This document shows positions 45,019 through 59,746 of a stretch of DNA of 64,000 nucleotides, in pieces; within the stretch, counting starts at the first letter, position 1, and each line of letters opens with the position of its first letter. This stretch comes from Escherichia coli O127:H6 str. E2348/69. GTDB lineage: Bacteria; Pseudomonadota; Gammaproteobacteria; Enterobacterales; Enterobacteriaceae. The stretch is from the NCBI RefSeq assembly GCF_000026545.1, contig NC_011601.1, one strand, 5' to 3'. Both the position numbers and the translations under genes were made by a program. Below the pieces are notes generated by a model. It was given only the letters and a program-made list of their open reading frames with translations. It was not told the origin of the DNA and ran no database searches.

Positions 45019-46506
45019 ATGGATATTTTTATTCAGGCACTAACGTATATTAATTTGAATGCCATTCTGGCCATTATTGCTGCTACGGCCTTTGGGTTAT
45101 TTGTGGGAGCCATTCCAGGATTGACCGCAACGATGGCGGTTGCGCTAATGGTACCTTTTACCTTCTTTCTTGATCCTATTCCCGCTCTGGCATTAATGAT
45201 TGCCGTTGGTGCGTCATCCATTTATGCCGGAGATATCCCCGGCGCACTTTTGCGTATACCAGGGACACCTGCTTCGGCGGCTTATGTTGCTGATTCAAAT
45301 GAACTGGTAAAGCAAGGTAAGGTGAATCGCGTATTGGGACTTGGGCTGGTGAGTTCGGTCATTGGTGGCGTGATTGGATCACTTATTTTGATGTTGGCTG
45401 CGCCTGTACTGGCGAAATTTGCCCTTAAATTTAGTTCTTATGAATACACATGGCTTTCTCTTTTAGGCTTAACCTGCGCGACTCTGGTTGTGGGGAATCA
45501 ACCACTGAAAGGCATGGTGACCTTATGTTTGGGATTATTACTGGCGTGTATCGGTTATGATCAAATATCCGGGGTCCCACGTTTTACGTTTGGGCAAATC
45601 AGCCTGTTACAAGGGGTGAACTTTATTCCTGCGATGATCGGTCTGTTCGCAATATCCGGCGCAATTGAATATTATCGTGACAAAATTAGCCAGGTAAGTG
45701 GTGCTGTGCCACAAACGCAAACGGGGATTAATTTATTCAAGGGAATGGGGCAGGTGATTTGGTCACGAAAATTAAATCTTGGCCGAAGTAGTATTATCGG
45801 TACGCTTATCGGAGCATTGCCCGGCGCTGGAGCGGATATTGCTGCGTGGATAAGTTACGCCATTTCAAAAAAATTCTCTCGCCAGCAGGAGTTATATGGG
45901 CATGGATCTGAGGAGGCAATTGTTGATTCCTCGAGCAGTAACAACGCCAGTCTGGCGGGGAGTTGGATCCCTTCATTAGTTTTCGGTATTCCGGGCGATT
46001 CTGCCGCTGCAATTATCATCGGCGTGCTCTATATGAAGGATATGAATCCAGGGCCGACATTATTTCTGTTCCAGGCAGATAAACTCTATGCCGTATTTAT
46101 CTTGTTTCTGATCGCCAATATTGCATTACTACCGTTAGCCACAATTGCGGTCAGTTTCATCAAACGCATCATCTGGATTGATAAAGCGATTCTGTACCCG
46201 ATTATTCTGATTTTCAGTATTGTCGGTGCATTTGCTATCGATAACTCGGGTGCCTCTGTCGTTGTCATGTTGGTCATGGGGGTTCTTGGATACTGGTTAC
46301 AACGTAAGGAATACCCGGTTTCGCCCATTATTCTGGGGATGATTCTTGGGCCAATGTTGGAAAAAAACTTATTATCTTCAATGATTAAGTCTAATGGTGA
46401 ATGGCTGGCGTTTGTTGAGCGCCCGGTATCTATGGCACTGGCTGTCTGTTTCTTTTTGGTTGTCGCGTTGCAAGGACGCAATATCTACCGTTCATTTAGC
46501 CGTTAA
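45019..46506 (+). CDS. large permease subunit of the tripartite transporter (TctA family)
   Basis: 495 aa polytopic membrane protein; N-terminal LFVGAIPGLTATMAVALMVPFTF and IPGTPASAAYV motifs typical of TctA; RBS aagga. Confidence 0.75.
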   Translation: MDIFIQALTYINLNAILAIIAATAFGLFVGAIPGLTATMAVALMVPFTFFLDPIPALALMIAVGASSIYAGDIPGALLRIPGTPASAAYVADSNELVKQGKVNRVLGLGLVSSVIGGVIGSLILMLAAPVLAKFALKFSSYEYTWLSLLGLTCATLVVGNQPLKGMVTLCLGLLLACIGYDQISGVPRFTFGQISLLQGVNFIPAMIGLFAISGAIEYYRDKISQVSGAVPQTQTGINLFKGMGQVIWSRKLNLGRSSIIGTLIGALPGAGADIAAWISYAISKKFSRQQELYGHGSEEAIVDSSSSNNASLAGSWIPSLVFGIPGDSAAAIIIGVLYMKDMNPGPTLFLFQADKLYAVFILFLIANIALLPLATIAVSFIKRIIWIDKAILYPIILIFSIVGAFAIDNSGASVVVMLVMGVLGYWLQRKEYPVSPIILGMILGPMLEKNLLSSMIKSNGEWLAFVERPVSMALAVCFFLVVALQGRNIYRSFSR

Positions 46507-46518
46507 TCCGTTGTTTTC

Positions 46519-46543
46519 AGACCATCCAAGTTGTGGATGGTCT
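46519..46543 (+). terminator. stem-loop after the transporter gene (possible terminator, no clear U-tract)
   Basis: perfect 10 bp inverted repeat agaccatcca-agttg-tggatggtct 13 nt after the stop; followed by gccttcccc rather than a T-run. Confidence 0.35.
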
Positions 46544-46689
46544 GCCTTCCCCTAAGTAAAATCCTGCGTGACTGCTAAATTTATACTCTAAATGATTCGC
46601 GTTGCAGGAGTATATTCATACAAAGAATAGATTGACCTGAATACCACCACTTTGCACAATCCACGACGACTTCATCAACCGGGCACATT

Positions 46690-47454
46690 ATGCAAGCATT
46701 GCTGGAACACTTTATTACCCAATCCACCGTGTATTCATTGATGGCGGTGGTGTTGGTGGCCTTTCTGGAGTCGCTGGCGCTGGTCGGTTTGATTCTACCC
46801 GGTACGGTGCTGATGGCGGGGCTGGGAGCGCTGATTGGTAGCGGTGAGTTAAGTTTCTGGTACGCCTGGCTGGCGGGGATTATTGGCTGCCTGATGGGCG
46901 ACTGGATCTCCTTCTGGCTGGGCTGGCGTTTTAAAAAGCCGTTGCATCGCTGGTCATTTCTGAAGAAGAACAAAGCATTACTCGATAAAACCGAACATGC
47001 GCTGCATCAGCACAGCATGTTCACCATTCTGGTCGGTCGTTTTGTCGGTCCGACGCGTCCGCTGGTGCCAATGGTGGCGGGAATGCTGGATCTGCCGGTG
47101 GCGAAATTTATTACGCCAAATATTATCGGCTGCCTGTTATGGCCACCGTTTTACTTCCTGCCGGGGATTCTGGCGGGTGCGGCGATCGATATTCCTGCCG
47201 GGATGCAGAGCGGTGAGTTTAAATGGTTGCTGCTGGTGACGGCGGTATTGTTGTGGGTTGGTGGCTGGCTGTGCTGGCGGTTATGGCGCAGCGGTAAAGC
47301 GACTGACCGTTTGAGTCATTATTTGTCCCGCGGTCGTTTGTTGTGGCTGACGCCGTTGATTTCTGCCATCGGCGTGGTGGCGCTGGTGGTGTTAATTCGC
47401 CACCCGTTGATGCCGGTGTATATCGATATTTTGCGTAAAGTGGTTGGGGTTTAG
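46690..47454 (+). CDS. yabI: DedA-family inner membrane protein YabI
   Basis: 254 aa ORF MQALLEHFITQSTVYSLMAVVLVAFLESLAL... Confidence 0.93.
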   Translation: MQALLEHFITQSTVYSLMAVVLVAFLESLALVGLILPGTVLMAGLGALIGSGELSFWYAWLAGIIGCLMGDWISFWLGWRFKKPLHRWSFLKKNKALLDKTEHALHQHSMFTILVGRFVGPTRPLVPMVAGMLDLPVAKFITPNIIGCLLWPPFYFLPGILAGAAIDIPAGMQSGEFKWLLLVTAVLLWVGGWLCWRLWRSGKATDRLSHYLSRGRLLWLTPLISAIGVVALVVLIRHPLMPVYIDILRKVVGV

Positions 47455-47474
47455 GGGATAGCCTTGTGCGGGTT

Positions 47475-47560
<86 letters not shown>

Positions 47561-47567
47561 GTGCATA

Positions 47568-48266
47568 TTAACCTTTAATTCCCAACAGCGCCGAAGCACT
47601 CGCCTTACCGCTCAACAACTCATCGGTCTTACCCTGCCAGGCGATACGCCCGTCGGCGACCACCACCGAGCGCGTGGCGATCCGCGCCGCATCTTCCACA
47701 CTGTGCGACACCATCAAGAGCGTCATTTTTTGCTGTTGGCAGCTCGAACTCACCAGCGTCAGCATCTCCTGACGTAGCGCCGGATCGAGCGCGGAAAACG
47801 GTTCATCGAGCAATAAAATGGGCTGTTCGCGTACCAGACAACGCGCTAACGCTACGCGCTGTCGCTGACCGCCGGAAAGCTCGCCAGGTAACCGCGCCAT
47901 TAAATTATCAATCCCCATCTGGTGGGCAATCGCGTGCATTTTCTTCTGCTGCGCAGCATTTAGTTTCAACCCCGGATTTAGCCCCAGCCCGATGTTTTGC
48001 GCGACCGTCAGGTGGCTGAACAGGTTGTTCTCCTGAAACAGCATAGACACCGGACGGCGTGACGGCGGCGTCGTGGTGTGATCTACGCCGTCGATAGTCA
48101 GCGAACCGCTGGCTGGCGTCAGAAAACCGGCGATCAAATTAAGCAGGGTACTTTTACCCGCGCCGCTTGGCCCGAGGATAGCCACCTGCTCGCCGCGTTC
48201 CACCGTTAAGCTAAAACGCATCGGCAAATGGTGGTAAAGCCAGGTGATATCAGTCAGTTTTAACAT
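47568..48266 (-). CDS. thiQ: thiamine ABC transporter ATP-binding protein
   Basis: ORF track 47568..48287 trimmed to [18 protein letters not shown]... (232 aa); Walker [10 protein letters not shown]. Confidence 0.9.
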   Translation of the reverse strand: MLKLTDITWLYHHLPMRFSLTVERGEQVAILGPSGAGKSTLLNLIAGFLTPASGSLTIDGVDHTTTPPSRRPVSMLFQENNLFSHLTVAQNIGLGLNPGLKLNAAQQKKMHAIAHQMGIDNLMARLPGELSGGQRQRVALARCLVREQPILLLDEPFSALDPALRQEMLTLVSSSCQQQKMTLLMVSHSVEDAARIATRSVVVADGRIAWQGKTDELLSGKASASALLGIKG

Positions 48267-49860
48267 TTCGCCCCGGTATTTTTTCAATCACGGTAAACAG
48301 CAGAAAACAGAGCAGCAGCAGAATTAACGCGGTGACCGCGCCGTCCTGGCTGCGATAGGAGCCAATTTGCTGGTAGAGATAAAACGGCAGGGTACGGAAA
48401 TCATCGTTACCGAACAATGCCACCACGCCAAAATCACCAATCGACAGCACACAAGCAAAGGCCAGCGCCTGCGCCAGTGGACGTTTCAGGGCGCGCAGCT
48501 CCACCACTTTTAAGCGTGACCAGCCTTCAATGCCCAGCGACTGACACAACATGCTGTAGCGGGCGGTGATATCGCGCATCGGGTTTTCCAGTACTTTCAG
48601 CGCATAAGGGATTGCCATTAACGCATTGGTGAAAATCACAATGCCGTCAGCAGATTGTGGCAGGCCGATAGTGTTGTTGAGCAGTAAAAAGAAGCCCGTA
48701 GCCAGCACAATCCCCGGCATGGCGAGGATCAACATGCCGCTCATCTCCAGCGCCTGACCCGCCAGCATTTTCTGCCGCGCCCGAAGTTCGCGACTGCTCC
48801 ATAGCAGCATCATGGTCAGCACTACGCACAATACGCCTGCCGCCAGCGCAATACGCAACGAGGTCCACAGCGCCTGCCACAGCACCGGTTGTGCCAGCAC
48901 TTCCGGCAACTGGCGATTTACCCCATCGACGATCACCGCCAGTAACGGTGGCAGCAACAGCAGCAGCGCCAGCACAATTAACGCCGTGTCGCAAATGCGA
49001 CTATGCAGACGATCGTCCGGGTCGCGCCAGCCTTGCAGCAGTGTGGTACCAGGCGCAATGGCCTTACTCAATCGCTGACTCAACAGCACCAGCCCGAGGC
49101 AGCACACCATCTGGATCAGCGCCAGCATTGCCGCGCGGGCAGGATCGTAGTCGTAACTCAGTGCCTGATAGATTGCCAGCTCGATAGTGGTCGCCTGCGG
49201 ACCGCCGCCCAGCGATAGCACGGTGGCGAAGCTGGCGAAACAGAGCATAAAGATTAGTGCGGCAACCGGCGGGATTTGTCGCCGTAACCACGGCCATTCG
49301 ACGAAACGGAAAAAATGCCAGCCGCGCATCCCAAGTTGGGCGGCAAGCTGACGTTGTTCGCCGGGAATGTTTTCCAGTGCCTGGAGTAATAAACGGCTAG
49401 CCATCGGCAGATTAAAAAACACATGGGCCAGCAAAATGCCTTGCAGGCCGTAGGGCGAAAAGGTCCACTCCAGACCAAGTGATTGCCAGAGCGAGGCCAG
49501 CCAGCCCTGGCGACCATAGACGCTAAGAATGCCGAAAACAGCAACCAGCACCGGGAGGATCAAGGTCATTGCGCACAGACGCAACAGCATCTGTCGCCCA
49601 GGAAAGCGCCTGCGATAGAGGGCGCGGGCGAGGAATATTGCCGGTACGACAGAGAGCAGCGCCGAGAGAAACGCCTGCCAGAAGGAGAAGCGCACCACAT
49701 GCCACAGGTAGCTGTCCTGCCAGACTGACACCCAGTCACCCTGCGGCGCGTTCCACCACAGGGCGAGAAACGCCGCCAGTGCAACCGCTACCACCAGCGT
49801 GGCGGCGCTTACGCCTGGAATTAACCAGCCGGGAATTAACGGCTGACGGCGCGTTGCCAT
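48250..49860 (-). CDS. thiP: thiamine ABC transporter permease
   Basis: 536 aa membrane ORF overlapping thiQ. Confidence 0.95.
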   Translation of the reverse strand: MATRRQPLIPGWLIPGVSAATLVVAVALAAFLALWWNAPQGDWVSVWQDSYLWHVVRFSFWQAFLSALLSVVPAIFLARALYRRRFPGRQMLLRLCAMTLILPVLVAVFGILSVYGRQGWLASLWQSLGLEWTFSPYGLQGILLAHVFFNLPMASRLLLQALENIPGEQRQLAAQLGMRGWHFFRFVEWPWLRRQIPPVAALIFMLCFASFATVLSLGGGPQATTIELAIYQALSYDYDPARAAMLALIQMVCCLGLVLLSQRLSKAIAPGTTLLQGWRDPDDRLHSRICDTALIVLALLLLLPPLLAVIVDGVNRQLPEVLAQPVLWQALWTSLRIALAAGVLCVVLTMMLLWSSRELRARQKMLAGQALEMSGMLILAMPGIVLATGFFLLLNNTIGLPQSADGIVIFTNALMAIPYALKVLENPMRDITARYSMLCQSLGIEGWSRLKVVELRALKRPLAQALAFACVLSIGDFGVVALFGNDDFRTLPFYLYQQIGSYRSQDGAVTALILLLLCFLLFTVIEKIPGRNVKTD

Positions 49861-50819
49861 TCGCTAATCCATGCCTGACGTTGTGCCGCCACTTCGGCGG
49901 GTGTGAACTCTAGCGTGGTGGCTGGTTTGGTCAATTGTTCAAATCCTGCAGGCAGAGTGACGTTTGCTACCGGATACATCCAGTTGCCGGTTGGGATCGC
50001 ATTCTGAAAAGCCGGAGAAACCATAAACTGGAGGAATTTTTGCGCCAGCTCTGGCTGCTTGCTGGCAGCGGTGCGGGCGGCAACTTCCACCTGCAGATAG
50101 TGACCTTCGCTAAAGTTTGTGGCGGCGTAGTTATCTTTCTTCTCTTCGAGAATGTGATAAGCCGGAGAGGTGGTGTAACTCAGTACCAGATCGCTTTCGC
50201 CTTTTAAAAACAGGCCGTAGGCTTCGCTCCAGCCTTTGGTGACCGTGACAGTTTTCTTCGCCAGTTTCTGCCAGGCTTGCGGGGCGTTATCGCCATAGAC
50301 TTTTTGCATCCATAGCAACAGACCCAGCCCCGGCGTACTGGTACGTGGATCTTCATAAATCACCCGCCAGTTCTGATCGCTCTCAACCAGTTCTTTCAGG
50401 CTTTGCGGCGGATTTTTCAGTTTGTTCTTGTCATAGACGAAGGCGAAATAGCCGTAATCAAACGGTACGAAAGTGTCATTATTCCAGCCGCCAGGAACGT
50501 TAACGGCTTCCGCTGCCACACCGCTTTTAGCAAACAGCCCTGTTTTGCTGGCGGCGTCTAACAGATTGTTATCCAGCCCCAGCACCACATCGGCTTTGCT
50601 GTTTTTGCCTTCCATCCGTAGACGGTTGAGCAGCGAAACGCCATCTTCCAGCGCCACCAGTTTCAGTTCGCAATTACAGTCTGCTTCAAAGGCTTTTTTG
50701 ACTACCGGACCAGGTCCCCAGTCAGCGGCAAAGGAATCGTAGGTATAAACAGTCAGAACAGGTTTAGCGAAAACAGGCGCTGTGCACAGCAACAGCAGGG
50801 GAAGACATTTTTTTAACAC
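49836..50819 (-). CDS. thiB: thiamine-binding periplasmic protein
   Basis: ORF track 49836..50831; start set to the GTG at 50817-50819 (VLKKCLPLLLLCTAPVFA..., 327 aa); the ATG at 50831 is an alternative. Confidence 0.9.
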   Translation of the reverse strand: MLKKCLPLLLLCTAPVFAKPVLTVYTYDSFAADWGPGPVVKKAFEADCNCELKLVALEDGVSLLNRLRMEGKNSKADVVLGLDNNLLDAASKTGLFAKSGVAAEAVNVPGGWNNDTFVPFDYGYFAFVYDKNKLKNPPQSLKELVESDQNWRVIYEDPRTSTPGLGLLLWMQKVYGDNAPQAWQKLAKKTVTVTKGWSEAYGLFLKGESDLVLSYTTSPAYHILEEKKDNYAATNFSEGHYLQVEVAARTAASKQPELAQKFLQFMVSPAFQNAIPTGNWMYPVANVTLPAGFEQLTKPATTLEFTPAEVAAQRQAWISEWQRAVSR

Positions 50820-50859
50820 TTTGCACCTCACAAAAGAGTGGCAAAGGACTTGAGAAGGA

Positions 50860-50950
50860 GCCTCAAATCCCTTCGCCGGCGTTATCCGGATCAGGTTCGA
50901 CGGGTATTTTCTCAGCGCACGCGGCTGCGTGGCACCCCGTTGAGAACGGC
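50860..50950 (-). ncRNA. TPP (THI-box) riboswitch in the thiBPQ leader
   Basis: minus-strand RNA reads ...GGGGUGCC...CUGAGAaaauACCCgucgaACCUGAUCCGGAUAACGCCGGCGAAGGGA, matching the conserved THI element. Confidence 0.85.
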
Positions 50951-50982
50951 GTTAGTGTAGTGATTTTGTTATCAACCAGCAA

Positions 50983-52638
50983 TCATGGATCCGGTGGTGC
51001 AAACCACGCTGATTTAAAATCGAACCAGCCGAGGGTGTTCATGCGCAGGCCGCGCATACTACGTTGCCCCTGAATGATCAGCCAGTGGTGGATAAGTGGC
51101 ACCATTGCTTTGCTGGCGACCAGTTGCTGGCACCAGTTCGCCAGGTTCATTTCGCCATTGCGCCAGCGGGCGGCGTCGGCTTGCCAGTCGATCGGAATAC
51201 AGTGTTGGAGCAGCGGCACCTCGCACAAGTGCGCGAACAGCGAAAAATCCAGCGGCAGCGTAAAGTTGGCGCTGTTAAGCCAGATATCGCTCTCGATCTC
51301 TCCTTCATGCCACTGATCGTAGCTGATCTCTTTGATTTTCAGCGTGACCTGGTGACTTGCCAGAATCTGCTGCATGATCCCGGCAATCACCCGATGTTCA
51401 ATATGATCCTGATAAAAGGTCAGGGTAAGGTTTTCCAACCCCGCGGGTTTTTCGCAATGTGTCGGGCGGGCATGGTGCCAACGGGGGAGCAGTCCATAAG
51501 CCGGGAACCACAGTTGCTGGTACTGTTCCTCAGCGAAATAGACCAGATTCGTCGGAGAAAGCACATAGCTTACCCAGTCTCTGACTTGCTGATTCGCCCC
51601 TCGATGGGTGCGGCTGTCGAACAGTAAATAGTAGCAACCTTCCTCCAGGCGGCTTTCAATCTCTTTTTCCTCGCCCTGTGGACCTTTTAGCATCAGCCCT
51701 CCGGCTGGCTCGTCGGCAATTTCCGGCAGAACCCAGACGTTAACTTCGTCGATTAATGCCCGGTAACCGAAGAAGTCATCGAATGCCTGAATTTTCAGTT
51801 GATTGCTGCTGTTGCGGATCACCGCATAAGGACCCGTTCCGATGGGATGGCTGGCAAAGTTACTGAGGGTTTCCCATTCGCGCGGCAGGATCATTGCCGG
51901 AACTTGCCCCAGCAGTAACGGCAACCAGCGGTCCGGTTGCGTGAGATGGATATCCAGTGTCCAGGGCGTCGGCGACACAATGTCAGCAATATGCGAATAG
52001 AGCGGAAGCGTATTGATTCGTTTTAAAGAGGCGATCACATCGTCCATTTCCAGTTCACGACCATGGTGAAAATGGACTCCTGGACGCAAAAAGAAACGCC
52101 AGTGAAGCGGTGATATTTGCTGCCAGTGGTGGGCGATGTCTGCTTCCAGTTCCCCATTTTCCTCATTTATGCGCGTTAGCGAACTGAAGATTTGCCGGGC
52201 GATATGGGTTTCAGAACGGCGCAATGCGCTGCCAGGTAGCAGATTACGCAACGGACGATAGTAGAGCACGCGCAGGATGTGCCGCCCCTGGCGGAAGCTG
52301 CGTCCCAGATGAGAAACCAACATTTGCCGCACAGCCGCTTTGTCGCCAACCAGTTGCACCAGTTGATCGATACGATCCTGCTCCAGCAGGTCCTCTGCTC
52401 GCTGTTGCTGAAGCGCCAGCCCGGTATAGAGGAATGTCAGACGCGAGCGTTTGCCGCGCCCGACTTCCGCTTCCCACGTCAGCCAGCCGCGATCCTGCAT
52501 GGTGTTGAGCAGGGTGCGCATATGACGACGCGAGCAGCTCAATAACGCTGCCAGTTCGTTGAGCGTCGTGTCCTGCGATTTACCCTCGCAGCATTGCCAC
52601 AGGCGGATGAACTGTTGTTGCAGACGAGCAGATGGCAT
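50983..52638 (-). CDS. sgrR: transcriptional regulator SgrR
   Basis: ORF track 50983..52659 trimmed to [15 protein letters not shown]... (551 aa). Confidence 0.93.
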   Translation of the reverse strand: MPSARLQQQFIRLWQCCEGKSQDTTLNELAALLSCSRRHMRTLLNTMQDRGWLTWEAEVGRGKRSRLTFLYTGLALQQQRAEDLLEQDRIDQLVQLVGDKAAVRQMLVSHLGRSFRQGRHILRVLYYRPLRNLLPGSALRRSETHIARQIFSSLTRINEENGELEADIAHHWQQISPLHWRFFLRPGVHFHHGRELEMDDVIASLKRINTLPLYSHIADIVSPTPWTLDIHLTQPDRWLPLLLGQVPAMILPREWETLSNFASHPIGTGPYAVIRNSSNQLKIQAFDDFFGYRALIDEVNVWVLPEIADEPAGGLMLKGPQGEEKEIESRLEEGCYYLLFDSRTHRGANQQVRDWVSYVLSPTNLVYFAEEQYQQLWFPAYGLLPRWHHARPTHCEKPAGLENLTLTFYQDHIEHRVIAGIMQQILASHQVTLKIKEISYDQWHEGEIESDIWLNSANFTLPLDFSLFAHLCEVPLLQHCIPIDWQADAARWRNGEMNLANWCQQLVASKAMVPLIHHWLIIQGQRSMRGLRMNTLGWFDFKSAWFAPPDP

Positions 52639-52705
52639 AAAAGGGGAACTCCTGCGCAAAAGACAGCAATTTTATTTTCCCTATATTAAGTCAATAATTC
52701 CTAAC

Positions 52706-52932
52706 GATGAAGCAAGGAGGTGCCTCATGCGTCAGTTTTATCAGCACTATTTTACCGCGACAGCGAAGTTGTGCTGGTTGCGTTGGTTAAGCGTCCCACA
52801 ACGATTAACCATGCTTGAAGAACTGATGCAATGGGAGGGGAGTCATTCTGACTACTGATTTGCGGACATCATGTGTGACTGAGTATTGGTGTTAATCGCC
52901 ACGCCAGCAGTGATTATCTGCTGGCTTTTTTC
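52706..52932 (+). ncRNA. sgrS: small RNA SgrS
   Basis: divergent from sgrR; begins near gatgaagcaaggagg, carries the sgrT ORF, then the conserved gtgtgactgagtattggtgt pairing region and terminator ccagcag-tgattat-ctgctgg + cttttttc (52904-52932). Confidence 0.85.
52727..52858 (+). CDS. sgrT: SgrT small protein encoded within SgrS
   Basis: 43 aa ORF MRQFYQHYFTATAKLCWLRWLSVPQRLTMLEELMQWEGSHSDY with RBS aaggagg; nested in the 99 aa track ORF 52559..52858. Confidence 0.8.
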   Translation: MRQFYQHYFTATAKLCWLRWLSVPQRLTMLEELMQWEGSHSDY

Positions 52933-52965
52933 TTTTTGGCGATTGAGTGCCGGACGGTGTACAAA

Positions 52966-54982
<2,017 letters not shown>

Positions 54983-54984
54983 GA

Positions 54985-57647
<2,663 letters not shown>

Positions 57648-57684
57648 GGTTTGGGTCCTTGTCTCTTTTTGAGCGCCTCGCTTC

Positions 57685-57722
57685 GGGCATAAAAAAACCC
57701 GCGCAATGGCGCGGGTTTTTTG
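57685..57722 (-). terminator. leu operon attenuator terminator
   Basis: GC-rich hairpin cccgcgc-aatg-gcgcggg flanked by A7 and T6 runs, between leuL and leuA. Confidence 0.8.
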
Positions 57723-57739
57723 TTTGACTGCGTGCTGGC

Positions 57740-57826
57740 TTAATGCTGGATGCCGCTCACTCGTCTACCGCGCAAAGAAGATGCGTTTAGTAGTAGTAGA
57801 CCGATAAAGCGAACGATGTGAGTCAT
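57740..57826 (-). CDS. leuL: leu operon leader peptide
   Basis: 28 aa [28 protein letters not shown] with four consecutive Leu (CUA) codons; last 28 codons of the track ORF 57740..57931. Confidence 0.85.
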   Translation of the reverse strand: MTHIVRFIGLLLLNASSLRGRRVSGIQH

Positions 57827-57931
57827 TAAATCAGCTCCAGATGAATGCGATATGCTTTTAGAGTTACTGGATACAAAAACGGATGTCAACCCTGAAGCAA
57901 TAAAAACGTCACGCCATTGTGAGTTCGGCAT

Positions 57932-58484
57932 CCGTAAAATTAGCTAATTGTGCTGCGGTGGTTAAAACAAGCGATATTAATTTCTGCTTAACCGCCGATG
58001 CTTTTCATCGGTTGACATATTTCAGAATAATTTTTTGCATCTAATCAACGAGGGAAAGGGGGATAAAATGCACGCGTTACAAAACCTATCCTGATGATTT
58101 GTATTGAATTATATGTTTTGCGAATTTTTTGATATTCATTTGCTGAATATTATTGATCAATTAATGTTAAGAATTAATGCATTAAACATATAAATTAATT
58201 ATTAAAAAAGCACATTTAATCCATTTTGTGGATGATTGAGTATTCGTGGTAGTTATGATTAGATTGTTTTCGCAACAAAAACATTATGGATTATTATGCT
58301 GTAGTAAATAACTCTTTGCTCGGCAGTGGATTCTGTTTTTATCAGAACCTGTATCTTTATGTTTTCCTAATTTTACTCATTTTGCTTTTTCTTATTTTAT
58401 ATGCATGATAAATCATATTCTCGAGGATTATTTCTCTGCATTCCAATAAGGGAAAGGGAGTTAAGTGTGACAGTGGAGTTAAGT
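57932..58484. promoter_or_regulatory. AT-rich leuL / leuO divergent regulatory region
   Basis: about 550 bp strongly AT-rich spacer with long A/T tracts; individual sites not assigned. Confidence 0.5.
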
Positions 58485-59429
58485 ATGCCAGAGGTACAAA
58501 CAGATCATCCAGAGACGGCGGAGTTAAGCAAGCCACAGCTACGCATGGTCGATCTCAACTTATTAACCGTTTTCGATGCCGTGATGCAGGAGCAAAACAT
58601 CACCCGTGCCGCTCATGCTCTGGGAATGTCGCAACCTGCGGTCAGTAACGCTGTTGCACGCCTGAAGGTGATGTTTAATGACGAGCTTTTTGTTCGTTAT
58701 GGCCGTGGTATTCAACCGACTGCTCGCGCATTTCAACTTTTTGGCTCAGTTCGTCAGGCATTGCAACTAGTACAAAATGAATTGCCTGGTTCAGGTTTTG
58801 AACCCGCGAGCAGTGAACGTGTATTTCATCTTTGTGTTTGCAGCCCGTTAGACAGCATTCTGACCTCGCAGATTTATAATCACATTGAGCAGATTGCGCC
58901 AAATATACATGTTATGTTCAAGTCTTCATTAAATCAGAACACTGAACATCAGCTGCGTTATCAGGAAACGGAGTTTGTGATTAGTTATGAAGACTTCCAT
59001 CGCCCTGAATTTACCAGTGTGCCATTATTTAAAGATGAAATGGTGTTGGTAGCCAGCAAAAATCATCCAACAATTAAAGGCCCGTTACTGAAACATGATG
59101 TTTATAACGAACAACATGCTGCGGTTTCGCTCGATCGTTTCGCATCATTTAGTCAAACCTGGTATGACACGGTAGATAAGCAAGCCAGTATCGCGTATCA
59201 GGGCATGGCAATGATGAGCGTACTTAGCGTGGTGTCGCAAACGCATCTGGTCGCTATTGCGCCGCGTTGGTTGGCTGAAGAGTTCGCTGAATCCTTAGAG
59301 TTACAGGTATTACCGCTGCCGTTAAAACAAAACAGCAGAACCTGTTATCTCTCCTGGCATGAAGCTGCCGGGCGCGATAAAGGCCATCAGTGGATGGAAG
59401 AGCAATTAGTCTCAATTTGCAAACGCTAA
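58485..59429 (+). CDS. leuO: LysR-family transcriptional regulator LeuO
   Basis: ORF track 58401..59429 trimmed to ATG at 58485 ([27 protein letters not shown]..., 314 aa). Confidence 0.93.
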   Translation: MPEVQTDHPETAELSKPQLRMVDLNLLTVFDAVMQEQNITRAAHALGMSQPAVSNAVARLKVMFNDELFVRYGRGIQPTARAFQLFGSVRQALQLVQNELPGSGFEPASSERVFHLCVCSPLDSILTSQIYNHIEQIAPNIHVMFKSSLNQNTEHQLRYQETEFVISYEDFHRPEFTSVPLFKDEMVLVASKNHPTIKGPLLKHDVYNEQHAAVSLDRFASFSQTWYDTVDKQASIAYQGMAMMSVLSVVSQTHLVAIAPRWLAEEFAESLELQVLPLPLKQNSRTCYLSWHEAAGRDKGHQWMEEQLVSICKR

Positions 59430-59434
59430 CTGAA

Positions 59435-59480
59435 TGCAGAATAGGTCAGACATTAATGTCTGGTTTGTTCTGCATTTTTT
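59435..59480 (+). terminator. rho-independent terminator after leuO
   Basis: nested palindrome tgcagaa...cagacattaatgtctg...ttctgca followed by tttttt. Confidence 0.55.
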
Positions 59481-59746
59481 ATTGAATGTAGAATTTTATT
59501 CTGAATGTGTGATCTCGCTATTTTAGGATTAATTAAAAAAATAGAGAAATTGCTGTAAGTTGTGGGATTCAGCTGATTTATTATCAATTTAATCCTCTGT
59601 AATGGAGGATTTTATCGTTTCTTTTCACCTTTCCTCCTGTTTATTCTTATTACCCCGTGTTTATGTCTCAGGCTGCCAATTGCTTAAGCAAGATCGGACG
59701 GTTAATGTGTTTTACACATTTTTTCCGTCAAACAGTGAGGCAGGCC
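59481..59746 (+). promoter_or_regulatory. ilvIH promoter/upstream regulatory region
   Basis: AT-rich 266 bp upstream of ilvI; sites not individually assigned. Confidence 0.4.

Noticed and set aside
41110-46560. Searched the island and its flanks for mobility hallmarks (integrase or transposase ORFs, tRNA gene, terminal inverted repeats, target-site duplications)
   Set aside because: None found by eye; the island cannot be called a mobile element or prophage remnant from this sequence alone.
51064-51627. 187 aa plus-strand ORF inside sgrR
   Set aside because: Antisense shadow ORF; sgrR frame is the conserved one.
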